A DNA stretch of 57,111 bases, from assembly GCA_041156925.1 (NCBI GenBank), contig JBEBDP010000011.1, positions 1 through 57,111 of the forward strand, given 5' to 3'. The position numbers and the translations under genes were made by a program. Below, in pieces: positions 9,729-19,293 of the stretch (position 1 is its first letter; every line of letters starts with the position of its first letter). The notes beneath the pieces are model-generated. The model saw only the letters and a list, made by a program, of their open reading frames with translations. It had not been told where the DNA came from and searched no databases. The stretch comes from Bacteroidota bacterium (GTDB taxonomy: Bacteria > Bacteroidota > Bacteroidia > Chitinophagales > Chitinophagaceae).

Positions 9729-11141
9729 TTAGATACTTCTGATTTCTGCAAGTAAATCTTGAAGCGCCTTCTTAGCATCACCAAACAGCATTGATGTTTT
9801 AGGCTGGAAGAATAGCTGGTTTTCAATACCTGCGTATCCCGGCTTCATGCTTCGTTTGTTAACAATAACATGCTTTGCTTCCTCTACTTCAAGAATTGGC
9901 ATACCATAAATAGGTGAAGAAGGATCAGATTTTGCAGCTGGATTAACTACGTCGTTTGCACCTAATATTAATACAACATCTGTATTTTTAAACTCTTCAT
10001 TGGCGTCTTCCATTTCCAATAATTTGTCATAACTCACGTCTGCTTCTGCCAACAATACATTCATGTGACCTGGCATTCTTCCTGCTACTGGATGGATAGC
10101 ATATTTAACTTCTACCCCTTTTGCTTCTAATGCTTTTTCTAATTCGTGACAAACGTGTTGGGCCTGCGCAACTGCTAATCCATAACCAGGAACTATCATT
10201 ACCTTGCTCGCATAACTCATTACTACGGCAGCATCACTCAATGTAACCTCTTTATAAGTGCCCCCAGAAGGTCCACTTCCTGCAGCAGCTGTATTGCCAC
10301 CACCAAAAGAACCAATCAATACATTCTTAAGCGATCTGTTCATCGCATTACACATCAAGATCGTAAGTAAGGTTCCTGCCGCACCAACCAAAATACCACC
10401 AGTCAACATCACCTTGTTGTCATACAAAAATCCGCCACAAGCAGCAGCTACCCCAGTAAATGAATTCAGTAGTGAAATAACGACTGGCATATCTGCACCT
10501 CCAATTGGAAGCACAAAGAAAACACCATATAATATTGATAATACTACAACCACATAAAACAACAAATGAAGTTGCTCAGGGGTAAACAAAATAACATACG
10601 CTGCAACAGCAAGATTCAAGACGAGAATAACAAGGTTGATGATATGCTGACCACCAAATGCAAAATCTTTGATTTTTCCGTTCAATTTTCCCCAAGCAAT
10701 CATGCTTCCAGAGAATGAAACAGCACCAATGATTAATCCTAATAGAATGATCAATAATTTGGTTGTATCCAATGTTGACAAATCAGTTGTAGTGTGGAGC
10801 AAATGGTTAAACTCAATAACTGAAATCAACGCCGCACAAGCACCACCCATACCATTGAACAAGCTCACCATTTCTGGCATAGCAGTCATCTGTACTTTCT
10901 TAGCCATTAATGTCCCTACAATTGTACCAATGATCAAAGCAGCAAAAATCCATGGATAATTACCCAAACGCTGTCCTTCATTTTCATAAAGAAAGATGGT
11001 TCCTAGAATGGCAAGAAACATACCTGCAGCTGCAACTAGGTTTCCTTTCCTAGCAGATGCCGGATTAGACAACATTTTCAAACCCACAATAAAGGTTATA
11101 GAACCAATCAGATAAATGAGTACAAGCAAGTTGATTTCCAT
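9729..11141 (-). CDS. pntB: NAD(P) transhydrogenase beta subunit
   Basis: MTAMPEMVSLFNG, IGGADMPVVIS, VPGYG, IHPVAGRMPGHMNVLLAEA. Confidence 0.97.
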   Translation of the reverse strand: MEINLLVLIYLIGSITFIVGLKMLSNPASARKGNLVAAAGMFLAILGTIFLYENEGQRLGNYPWIFAALIIGTIVGTLMAKKVQMTAMPEMVSLFNGMGGACAALISVIEFNHLLHTTTDLSTLDTTKLLIILLGLIIGAVSFSGSMIAWGKLNGKIKDFAFGGQHIINLVILVLNLAVAAYVILFTPEQLHLLFYVVVVLSILYGVFFVLPIGGADMPVVISLLNSFTGVAAACGGFLYDNKVMLTGGILVGAAGTLLTILMCNAMNRSLKNVLIGSFGGGNTAAAGSGPSGGTYKEVTLSDAAVVMSYASKVMIVPGYGLAVAQAQHVCHELEKALEAKGVEVKYAIHPVAGRMPGHMNVLLAEADVSYDKLLEMEDANEEFKNTDVVLILGANDVVNPAAKSDPSSPIYGMPILEVEEAKHVIVNKRSMKPGYAGIENQLFFQPKTSMLFGDAKKALQDLLAEIRSI

Positions 11142-11160
11142 TGCAAGCTATTTTGGAAGA

Positions 11161-11469
11161 TTATTTTTTCTTTTTGAACATTTCAAGCATTCTATCGGTC
11201 ACCACAAAACCACCTACCACGTTAAGTGTACCCAAGATTACAGCCAAGAAGCCAAGCACCAACGATAAAATATCATCCTCAGCTGCTTGTCCCATTACAA
11301 TGATAGCACCTATAATCACCACCCCGTGAATTGCATTAGCACCGCTCATCAAGGGAGTATGTAACACAGAGGGCACGCGACCAATAACCTCAATACCAAC
11401 AAAGATCATGAGGAAGACAACGTAAAACATTTCCTGGTGTATGCTTATCCAATTCAAGACCTGATCCAT
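11161..11469 (-). CDS. pntAB: NAD(P) transhydrogenase alpha-2 (membrane part)
   Basis: LHTPLMSGANAIHG and NVVGGFVVTDRMLEMFK. Confidence 0.95.
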   Translation of the reverse strand: MDQVLNWISIHQEMFYVVFLMIFVGIEVIGRVPSVLHTPLMSGANAIHGVVIIGAIIVMGQAAEDDILSLVLGFLAVILGTLNVVGGFVVTDRMLEMFKKKK

Positions 11470-11492
11470 ATACTAGAAATTTTAAAAATCAA

Positions 11493-12566
11493 TTATTGCA
11501 CCTGAGCTCTTGCACCTTTTACAAGATCATCTTCCATGTTGATGGTAAGATTACCTTCTTTATCAGTTATGAGCTGTAAGAAATTAATAATGTTTTTACC
11601 GTACAACTTACTTGCATCAGATGGCATAGTTGCTGGCAAATTGCTATCACCTATAATTTTCACTCCATTATACACAACAGTTTCACGGTCTTTGGTATGT
11701 GGAGTATTACCACCAGTTGAAGCAGCAAGATCTACAATCACACTTCCCACTCTCATGGTCTTCAACATTTCCTCAGATACCAAAATAGGCGCTTTCTTTC
11801 CTGGAATTTGAGCAGTTGTGATTACAATATCTGCTTTAGCAATACTCTCAGCAATTTTCTGTTGTTGATTGCGCTTGTATTCTTCCGACTGTTCAACTGC
11901 ATAACCTCCAGCAGCAGATGCATCAGCTGCTCCAGGAATTTCAATGAACTTGGCTCCTAAGCTTTGTACTTCTTCTTTTACAGCAGGTCTTGTATCAAAT
12001 ACTTCTACAACAGAACCAAGACGCTTTGCTGTTGCAATTGCTTGCAAACCTGCAACACCAGCACCAAGAATCAACACTTTCGCCGGAGCAATGCTACCAG
12101 CTGCTGTCATGAACATTGGAAAATACCTACCATAAGCATTGGCTGCAGTCAACACAGCCTTATATCCAGCAATGTTTGCCTGACTCGACAAGATATCCAT
12201 GCTTTGGGCTCTTGTAGTTCTAGGCAGGAGTTCCATGCTAAACACCACTGCACCTTTATCCAACCACTGCTTGATGCGCTCAGTTTGAAAACGAGCTTGG
12301 TACATACCAATCAACACTAAACCATTTCGAATATCGATGGTTGGTGGATGAATGGACAGAACGATATCTGCTCCGTTGGCAATTTCTGCAGCGGACTTGA
12401 TTTCTGCTCCGGCTTTACTGTAATCGGCATCCGTGCAATAGGCTTGTTCGCCTGCTCCAGTTTCAACCCATACCGTAATTTTCTTCTTAGTTAATTGCGC
12501 AACGCCATCTGCGATGAGAGAAACCCTTGTTTCAGGGGCTAATTCTTTTAAAACACCAATAATCAT
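11493..12566 (-). CDS. pntAA: NAD(P) transhydrogenase alpha-1 (NAD-binding dI domain)
   Basis: ETRV, PRTTRAQSMDILSSQANIAGYKAV, GAGVAGLQA, TTAQIPG. Confidence 0.95.
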   Translation of the reverse strand: MIIGVLKELAPETRVSLIADGVAQLTKKKITVWVETGAGEQAYCTDADYSKAGAEIKSAAEIANGADIVLSIHPPTIDIRNGLVLIGMYQARFQTERIKQWLDKGAVVFSMELLPRTTRAQSMDILSSQANIAGYKAVLTAANAYGRYFPMFMTAAGSIAPAKVLILGAGVAGLQAIATAKRLGSVVEVFDTRPAVKEEVQSLGAKFIEIPGAADASAAGGYAVEQSEEYKRNQQQKIAESIAKADIVITTAQIPGKKAPILVSEEMLKTMRVGSVIVDLAASTGGNTPHTKDRETVVYNGVKIIGDSNLPATMPSDASKLYGKNIINFLQLITDKEGNLTINMEDDLVKGARAQVQ

Positions 12567-12624
12567 GGGGTTTGATTGAGATGCTAAAGGTAACGAAATT
12601 CCCGCTCTGTACTAGGTAAAATAA

Positions 12625-13428
12625 TTAGAAACGTATTGTAAAATCAAGCTTTTCCTTGAATTCTTTTCTAAGAAAAACAATTCCTATAAAAAATAAATCT
12701 ACTGAACAGGAAACTCGTTCATTTTTTTTTATTTCTTCCCATGCATTTTCCATCCCTTTACTCCAATGAATATCATCAAAAACCAAAATATCCTCTTCTC
12801 CACAAGATCTGACTACTTCTTCAAAGTAACGGACAGTAGGTTGATATTGATGATTACCATCAAAAAAGAAGAGTTTCTTACCTGTCATATTCGACAAAGC
12901 CTCAGGTAATTTCAAATTAAAATCTCCCACCAAAAGAGTAATATTATCTAGCCCCTCTTGCTCAAAGGCTTTTCTTGAAAAATTGGCAATGGCTGGAGCT
13001 CCTTCTATTGTTTGAATTCTAACCCCTTCGCCTGCTAGAGCCAAATACCTAGTTGTGAGTCCCAATGAAGTACCTAGTTCCAATACAGATGCAACTTCAT
13101 AGAATTCAACCAAGCGATGCAGCAGTCGCGCAAATTTTGGGTGCTTTGCAGCCCCATTCGCTATTTGCGCAATAGACCTACGAGACCCTGATTTTGAAAC
13201 CGAACCAGCTCCTAAGTCATCTACCTCTAGAAAACGATTTTTTTCTGCTTTAAAAGCATGCCTGATATTTTCTATCTTATTGAAAACAGCTTTGTTTTTG
13301 TAAGAGGGTAATAAAACCTGTTCAACAAACTGAAATATGAATGGAGAGTGTATTCCGTGACCTCTCCCATTGGAAGCAGTAAAAAAATACTGCAAATATT
13401 TAACCCCAAGTTGAAAGTGATTGTACAT
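12625..13428 (-). CDS. Class I SAM-dependent methyltransferase (Methyltransf_24-like)
   Basis: GHGIHSPF, LELGTSLG, FFDGNH, DDIHWS. Confidence 0.8.
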   Translation of the reverse strand: MYNHFQLGVKYLQYFFTASNGRGHGIHSPFIFQFVEQVLLPSYKNKAVFNKIENIRHAFKAEKNRFLEVDDLGAGSVSKSGSRRSIAQIANGAAKHPKFARLLHRLVEFYEVASVLELGTSLGLTTRYLALAGEGVRIQTIEGAPAIANFSRKAFEQEGLDNITLLVGDFNLKLPEALSNMTGKKLFFFDGNHQYQPTVRYFEEVVRSCGEEDILVFDDIHWSKGMENAWEEIKKNERVSCSVDLFFIGIVFLRKEFKEKLDFTIRF

Positions 13429-13437
13429 ATAAGAAGC

Positions 13438-13944
13438 TTATTGCTTTCTTTCCCAAATTTGGAAAGTATAAGCAAATGCATGTTTTTCATCTTGCTCCAT
13501 TGGCGTCTCTTCCACAAGTTCAAAAACAGATGAATCTATTGGTTCAAAAAAAGTATCCGCTTTAGGGAAATTAGTATGCACACGAGTAAGGTAAATTCTA
13601 TTGACTATAGGCATTACTTGTCGGTATATTTCACCACCCCCAATGACAAACACCTCTTTACAATCAGATGATTTAGCCAATTCAATTGCATGTTCCACAC
13701 TTTTTGCTAGCACCAATCCCTCTTGAGGTTTTGCCCAATTCTCCTGACGAGAAATCACAATGTTGAGTCGGCCATTTAATGGTTTTGATGCCATCGACTC
13801 AAAAGTTTTTCTACCCATCACCACAGGCATCCCCCATGTTGTATTCTTGAAGAACTTCATGTCGTTAGGCAATTTCCATAGCAAGGCATTGCCTTCTCCT
13901 ATGGCATGGTCTTCAGCAGCAGCAACAACAATTGATATGATCAT
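13438..13944 (-). CDS. folA: Dihydrofolate reductase
   Basis: LLWKLPNDMKFFK, VMGRKTFES, VIGGGEIY; lies next to thyA. Confidence 0.97.
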   Translation of the reverse strand: MIISIVVAAAEDHAIGEGNALLWKLPNDMKFFKNTTWGMPVVMGRKTFESMASKPLNGRLNIVISRQENWAKPQEGLVLAKSVEHAIELAKSSDCKEVFVIGGGEIYRQVMPIVNRIYLTRVHTNFPKADTFFEPIDSSVFELVEETPMEQDEKHAFAYTFQIWERKQ

Positions 13945-13953
13945 GTCTTAATA

Positions 13954-14748
13954 TTAAACTGCAACAGGCGCTTTAATTGCAGGGTGACTTTGATAACCTT
14001 CCAAGGTGAAATCTTCGAATGTAAATCCAAAAATGTCTTTTACATCGGGATTGATTTTCATTTGGGGTAATGGAAATGGCGTTCTGGTCAATTGTAATTG
14101 GGCTTGCTCAAAATGATTGTTGTAAAGATGGACATCTCCAAATGTATGAACGAAATCTCCTAATTGTAGATCGCATACTTGCGCTACCATCATCGTTAAC
14201 AATGCATATGATGCAATATTAAAAGGTACTCCTAGAAACACATCTGCAGAACGTTGGTACAACTGACAAGACAATTTACCATCCGCAACATAAAACTGGA
14301 ACAATGTGTGACAAGGCATAAGTGCCATATTAGGAAGTTCTGCAACATTCCAAGCACTTACAATTAACCGTCTGCTATCAGGGTTCTTCTTGATTTGTTG
14401 AATCAGGTCTACAATTTGATCATGGGTTTTTCCATCTGCGCCTGTCCAGCTTCTCCATTGTTTGCCATAAACGGGACCAAGCTCTCCATTTTCATCAGCC
14501 CACTCATCCCAAATACTCACTCCATTATCTTTCAAGTATTTGATGTTTGTCTCCCCTTTCAAAAACCACAACAATTCATGTATGATACTTCTTAAATGAA
14601 GTTTTTTAGTGGTGACCATAGGAAACCCTTCGCTCAAATCAAACCTCATTTGGTAACCAAACACACTTCTCGTTCCAGTCCCTGTCCTGTCACTTTTATC
14701 CGTTCCGTTTTCTAAAATATGTTTTACTAAATCTAAGTAAGCTTGCAT
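13954..14748 (-). CDS. thyA: Thymidylate synthase
   Basis: [36 protein letters not shown]. Confidence 0.98.
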   Translation of the reverse strand: MQAYLDLVKHILENGTDKSDRTGTGTRSVFGYQMRFDLSEGFPMVTTKKLHLRSIIHELLWFLKGETNIKYLKDNGVSIWDEWADENGELGPVYGKQWRSWTGADGKTHDQIVDLIQQIKKNPDSRRLIVSAWNVAELPNMALMPCHTLFQFYVADGKLSCQLYQRSADVFLGVPFNIASYALLTMMVAQVCDLQLGDFVHTFGDVHLYNNHFEQAQLQLTRTPFPLPQMKINPDVKDIFGFTFEDFTLEGYQSHPAIKAPVAV

Positions 14749-14759
14749 AAACGGTTTAT

Positions 14760-16367
14760 TTACTTTATCAATTCGTGAATAACTGTTCCAACATTGCCAC
14801 TAGGCATTTGTATTTTTAACAAGGCGGCAATTGTTCCTGCAATATCGCTCATATAGACATTACGATAAGACAGCCCTTGTTTCACACCCCAACCCATCCA
14901 TAAGAGTGGGATATGTGAATCATAAGGAAACATAGATCCATGGGTAGTTCCAGCTGCATTAAAACTGAAAAAATATCCTGGCTTGTATATCAACTGCACA
15001 TCACCTGCTAACTTATGGTTGTACCCTTTCTGAAACATCTCTTTATATTCCACTGGAAGATTAGCAAGTTGGATACTTTCATTATCAAAAGCCAATAGCA
15101 TATCTGGGTGTTTGTTTAGCTGTTGAATATAAAAGGATTTTACAGCTTTGTAATCCACACCAACAGAATCGATGTATGCTTTATCCAAATAAACCTGGTA
15201 ATTAGCAGAAGCTTCAACCAATCGCTTCAAACCAAACTTTTCCATAGTTGCATTTTCTGCTTCCTTCCCAGGCTTCATGCCCTTTGCTGGAATTTGATTA
15301 GCTTCTAAAAAAGCAGGAACATGTGCAACACCATGATCTGCTGTCATGAAAAACAAGTACTGCCCCTTTCCTACTTTTTGATCGAGATACGTTAAGAATG
15401 AAGCAAGCTCTTGATCAAGCTTAATATAAGTATCCTCAATTTCTACTGAATTAGGTCCAAATGAATGTCCAATATAATCTGGAGATGATAGGCTGATGGC
15501 TAAAAAATCAGTGATTGAGTCTCTTCCTAATCCCTCTGCATCTAATGCAGCTTTTGAAAAACTCAAGGTTAAAGTATTGCCCCAAGGAGTAGATGAAATG
15601 GCTCCAAAGTTTTTACCAATATTGCCCTCTAGCTTTCTTGGAAATGGATTTTTAGTATAAGCAGTATTTTCTTTATCACTCTGGATATAGGTATCTAAAG
15701 GGTGACTCAAATTCCAGTTTAGTTTATACATTGAATCTACAAGCCTGCGTTGGTTATAAGCTTCTGCCCAAGCGGGTAGAGCGTTCATATACCAGGTACT
15801 GGAGACAAAATTTCCAGAATTAGGTTCATACCAATATGCAGCATCACCTGCATGTCCAGCGGGCAAGATACTTCCCCTGTCCTTTATCGCCACACCTACA
15901 ACTTTCGACCTGAAATTGGTTGCTAATTCAAGTTCATCTGTTATGGTCGTTGTGATTAGATTTTTAGGTGACATAGGCTCTCCTTTCCCATTTCCCCCAA
16001 CAATCTTTACCGAATCATCCTCTACACAATACACATCACGCTTAAGCGACCTATCGTACCACTCATTTCCCATGATGCCATTGATAGCAGGTACAGATCC
16101 TGTATAGACCGATGCATGCCCTGCTGCAGTAACAGTTTGCGCATATGGTATAAAAGCGTTTTCACAGCTAAAGCCCTCTTTCAAAATGCGCTTGAATCCT
16201 CCCTCTGAATAGCGATTTTGGTATCTGTAGATAAAATCCCACCTCATTTGATCTACCATCACTCCCACTACCAATTTTGGTCTTGGTTTTTGATTGGAGG
16301 CAGATGACTGACCAACTACTGATCCAATCATGAGCAATGAAAGCAATAATGAAAACAAATTCTTCAT
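14760..16367 (-). CDS. pafA: Alkaline phosphatase PafA type (NPP/AP superfamily)
   Basis: Signal peptide; [14 protein letters not shown] (Thr nucleophile), KDR, DYIGH, TADHG, THGS. Start MKNLF at 16367, with TAACTTTG upstream. Confidence 0.88.
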   Translation of the reverse strand: MKNLFSLLLSLLMIGSVVGQSSASNQKPRPKLVVGVMVDQMRWDFIYRYQNRYSEGGFKRILKEGFSCENAFIPYAQTVTAAGHASVYTGSVPAINGIMGNEWYDRSLKRDVYCVEDDSVKIVGGNGKGEPMSPKNLITTTITDELELATNFRSKVVGVAIKDRGSILPAGHAGDAAYWYEPNSGNFVSSTWYMNALPAWAEAYNQRRLVDSMYKLNWNLSHPLDTYIQSDKENTAYTKNPFPRKLEGNIGKNFGAISSTPWGNTLTLSFSKAALDAEGLGRDSITDFLAISLSSPDYIGHSFGPNSVEIEDTYIKLDQELASFLTYLDQKVGKGQYLFFMTADHGVAHVPAFLEANQIPAKGMKPGKEAENATMEKFGLKRLVEASANYQVYLDKAYIDSVGVDYKAVKSFYIQQLNKHPDMLLAFDNESIQLANLPVEYKEMFQKGYNHKLAGDVQLIYKPGYFFSFNAAGTTHGSMFPYDSHIPLLWMGWGVKQGLSYRNVYMSDIAGTIAALLKIQMPSGNVGTVIHELIK

Positions 16368-16466
16368 GACCCCTTTTTTGAGTTCATACAAAGTTATGGC
16401 AATGAATTCCTTTTCTTTTGAGGAGTTTTAAACACTATGTTATATAAAGTTTATTTCTAAAAAATT

Positions 16467-16474
16467 TATCTTTG
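16467..16474 (+). promoter_or_regulatory. -7 element TATCTTTG for the AOS-family gene
   Basis: Exact TAnnTTTG match, 28 nt above the ATG at 16503. Confidence 0.55.
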
Positions 16475-16502
16475 CACCTATAAACCCCATAACCTTCTCA
16501 AT

Positions 16503-17759
16503 ATGGCAGACATCTTTGACAGACTCATCAAGAACTATGGCCCGCTAGGACAACACCGTGAAAGAGCCCACGGGTATTTTGCTTTTCCAAAACTGGAGGG
16601 TGAAATTGGCAACCGCATGACATTTAGGGGTAAAGAAAAGATTGTTTGGAGTTTAAACAATTACCTCGGTTTGGCCAATCACCCAGAAGTAAGAAAAGCT
16701 GATGCTGAGGCTTCTCAAACATTCGGACTAGCTTACCCTATGGGAGCAAGAATGATGAGTGGAAACAGCAATTACCATGAGCAATTGGAAAGAGAACTTG
16801 CCGCGTTTGAACATAAAGAAGATGCTATTCTATTAAATTTTGGCTACCAAGGCATCATGAGCTTAATCGACCTGCTTTGTAGCAGACATGATGTAATTGT
16901 ATATGATGCAGAAAGCCATGCTTGTATTATTGATGGCTTGCGCCTTCATCCTGGTCAGCGTTTTGTATTTAAGCACAATGATGTAGCCGACTGTGAAAAA
17001 CAATTACAGCGTGCAACTGCATTAATAGATAAGAACAAAAGTGGTGGTATTTTATTGATCACAGAAGGCGTGTTTGGCATGGCCGGTGACCAAGGAAAGT
17101 TAAAAGAAATTGCTGCACTTCGTCCGAAATACGAATTCAGATTATTGGTGGATGACGCCCATGGATTTGGAACACTAGGCATGACTGGCGCAGGAGCTGG
17201 TGAAGAGCAAGATGTTCAAGACGATATCGACTTGTATTTTTCTACTTTCGCCAAATCAATGGCTTCAATTGGTGCATTTATTGCCGGACCTAAAAGCATC
17301 ATCGACTATGTTCGATACAATATTAGAAGCCAGATTTTCGCAAAGTCTCTTCCTATGCCAATTGTAATAGGCAACCTCAAAAGACTAGAACTTTTGAGAA
17401 GTCAGCCTCAACTCAAAGAAAAACTTTGGGAAAATGCCCTTAAACTGCAAAATGGCTTGAAGGAAAAAGGATTTGACATCGGCAAGACTGACTCTGTAGT
17501 TACGCCCGTATACATGAAAGGCGGAGTGGAAGAAGCTACGCACATGGTGACAGACCTGAGAGAGAATTACAATATTTTCTGCTCGATAGTAGTTTACCCT
17601 GTTATTCCAAAAGGACATATCATTTATAGGCTTATTCCCACAGCAGCACATACTGATGAAGATATTCAATTGACACTCAAAGCTTTTGAAGAAACGAAGA
17701 AGAAGCTTGATGAGGGGGCTTATAAAAGTGAAGCCATTGCTCAAATGGCCGAAGTTTAA
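16503..17759 (+). CDS. capB: PLP-dependent alpha-oxoamine synthase, cysteate acyl-ACP transferase type (CapB/SulA, sulfonolipid synthesis)
   Basis: AOS motifs NNYLGLANHP, DAESHACI, DDAHGFG and STFAKS (PLP Lys251). N-terminus HGYFAFPKLEG, GARMMSG and IFAKSLP (Lys281) differ from the SPT/KBL/BioF IFS[AT]-type motif. Confidence 0.78.
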   Translation: MADIFDRLIKNYGPLGQHRERAHGYFAFPKLEGEIGNRMTFRGKEKIVWSLNNYLGLANHPEVRKADAEASQTFGLAYPMGARMMSGNSNYHEQLERELAAFEHKEDAILLNFGYQGIMSLIDLLCSRHDVIVYDAESHACIIDGLRLHPGQRFVFKHNDVADCEKQLQRATALIDKNKSGGILLITEGVFGMAGDQGKLKEIAALRPKYEFRLLVDDAHGFGTLGMTGAGAGEEQDVQDDIDLYFSTFAKSMASIGAFIAGPKSIIDYVRYNIRSQIFAKSLPMPIVIGNLKRLELLRSQPQLKEKLWENALKLQNGLKEKGFDIGKTDSVVTPVYMKGGVEEATHMVTDLRENYNIFCSIVVYPVIPKGHIIYRLIPTAAHTDEDIQLTLKAFEETKKKLDEGAYKSEAIAQMAEV

Positions 17760-17771
17760 AACTTGCTTATT

Positions 17772-17798
17772 ATCCCTGCTTCGGCAGGGATTTTTTTT
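17772..17798 (+). terminator. Intrinsic terminator of capB
   Basis: ATCCCTGC-TTCG-GCAGGGAT followed by a T-run. Confidence 0.9.
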
Positions 17799-17814
17799 GC
17801 CTTGGGGTAGGTAT

Positions 17815-17847
17815 AAAAAAAAAGGGCCCGGATAGAAATCCAGCCCG
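17815..17847 (-). terminator. Orphan minus-strand intrinsic terminator
   Basis: Minus strand GGGCTGGAT-TTCT-ATCCG(G)GCCC followed by 9 T. Both flanking CDSs are on the plus strand. Confidence 0.7.
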
Positions 17848-17878
17848 TTTTAAATCCAATATCCTATGAAAAACCAAG
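17815..17878 (-). ncRNA. Candidate small RNA (~65 nt)
   Basis: Reads GGTTTTTCATAGGATATTGGATTTAAAAC then the terminator hairpin and U9. Inferred from the orphan terminator; the 5' end is a guess. Confidence 0.5.
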
Positions 17879-18019
17879 GTAATAACGTGGTTTTACTTAA
17901 TCATATTGCGTACAATCCTAAGTATTTTTAAGTTTTTTTTAAGATTATTTCAAGACCCTTAAAAATCAATGAGTTACTTAACTTTTATGATTCATCTTTG
18001 TTAGTGAAATAAAGAATTT

Positions 18020-18577
18020 ATGAGAAAGATAGTTGTTGCAGTTACCGGGGCCAGTGGTTCTATCTATGCCGATTTATTGATACAAAAACTAAAATCTATT
18101 GAAAACCAATGGAATGAATTGGCTATTGTGTTTTCTGATAACGCAAAAGACGTATGGTCCACCGAATTGGGAAATGACAATTACGATAAACTAAACCTCC
18201 CTGTTTACAATAAGCATGATTTTTCTGCCCCTTTTGCTTCTGGTTCAGGAAGATTTGACACCATGATCATCATCCCTTGTTCGATGGGTACGCTAGGGAG
18301 GATTGCTGGTGGCGCATCTAACGACTTGATAACGAGAGCTGCCGATGTAATTTTAAAAGAAAAAAGAAAATTGATTTGTGTGGCCAGAGAAACACCCTAT
18401 AACCTCATTCATATTCGCAATATGGAAACGATCACACTGGCAGGTGGCATTATTTGTCCTGCTACCCCATCTTTTTATAGTCAGCCTAAAACTATTGAAG
18501 AGGTTGCTTCAACTGTAGTCGATCGTGTTTTGGATCTAGCAGGCTTTGAAATAAAGAGCTTTCGTTGGGGAAAATAA
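18020..18577 (+). CDS. ubiX: Flavin prenyltransferase UbiX
   Basis: VTGASG, FASGS, PCSMGTL, RAADV.LKE, RETP, P.FY. Confidence 0.95.
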   Translation: MRKIVVAVTGASGSIYADLLIQKLKSIENQWNELAIVFSDNAKDVWSTELGNDNYDKLNLPVYNKHDFSAPFASGSGRFDTMIIIPCSMGTLGRIAGGASNDLITRAADVILKEKRKLICVARETPYNLIHIRNMETITLAGGIICPATPSFYSQPKTIEEVASTVVDRVLDLAGFEIKSFRWGK

Positions 18578-18579
18578 GT

Positions 18580-19251
18580 TTATCGTAAATCAATAACCTC
18601 AACACCAGGATATTTTTTCGCATTGAATACAAAACTATCGTCAGGTATAGCAGTTGATGTTGCAATATTATTTATAGCATAGAGATAACGATTACCATTC
18701 TTTTCAAACACACGTGTTGACATGATAACTTTGGTAGTTTTATCCACTTCTAATACAACCTTAAAAAATGGCTTGGTCTTATCAATAGGCGTAAGCTCTA
18801 CCACTTGGTAGGTCTTGCCATTGCGCTTAACATCTTCATTCAATAAAAACAAGAAATCCTTGTCGTAGAAATTCGTAAAAAGTTTCTGAGGAGTAATTGA
18901 ACCACTTGAATTATCAAGGGTTGCTACTTGCACTTCCTTTGCAGCCATGTCATATGTCCAGATAGTTGCTCCATCACAAAAAATATCTTGTCCAGTAATT
19001 GAAACCCTATACTTCATACCTTTCATAAGGACAGTCCCGGTTTTTGTACCCTGCACCTTACCTGCAGCATTTTCGATTTTTAGGGTAAAGTTTGCTTTTA
19101 CACTCTTGAATGTTTTGAATTTTGCACTCACTGCATCCAACACTTTCTTTGCTTCTGGATCACTCTTGCCACTACCCTTTGTAGCTTGCGCAAACAAATT
19201 GACTGTACAAACAGAAAAAGTAAGCAAGAGGGTGAAAAGTTGTTTTAACAT
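18580..19251 (-). CDS. lolA: Outer-membrane lipoprotein carrier LolA family
   Basis: Signal peptide; DGATIWTY...EVQV; downstream of ftsK as usual. Confidence 0.85.
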   Translation of the reverse strand: MLKQLFTLLLTFSVCTVNLFAQATKGSGKSDPEAKKVLDAVSAKFKTFKSVKANFTLKIENAAGKVQGTKTGTVLMKGMKYRVSITGQDIFCDGATIWTYDMAAKEVQVATLDNSSGSITPQKLFTNFYDKDFLFLLNEDVKRNGKTYQVVELTPIDKTKPFFKVVLEVDKTTKVIMSTRVFEKNGNRYLYAINNIATSTAIPDDSFVFNAKKYPGVEVIDLR

Positions 19252-19293
19252 ATAACCTGTTTAAAGTATAGTTTTATTTACACAAAGAAAGCA

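Noticed and set aside
9729-12566. Transhydrogenase alpha subunit split into two genes
   Set aside because: The three-gene pntAA/pntAB/pntB layout is a well-known natural form, not a frameshift.
16503-17759. Annotation as bioF or serine palmitoyltransferase
   Set aside because: GARMMSG and IFAKS do not match the BioF/SPT GSR..G and IFS[AT] motifs, and no bio genes are nearby.
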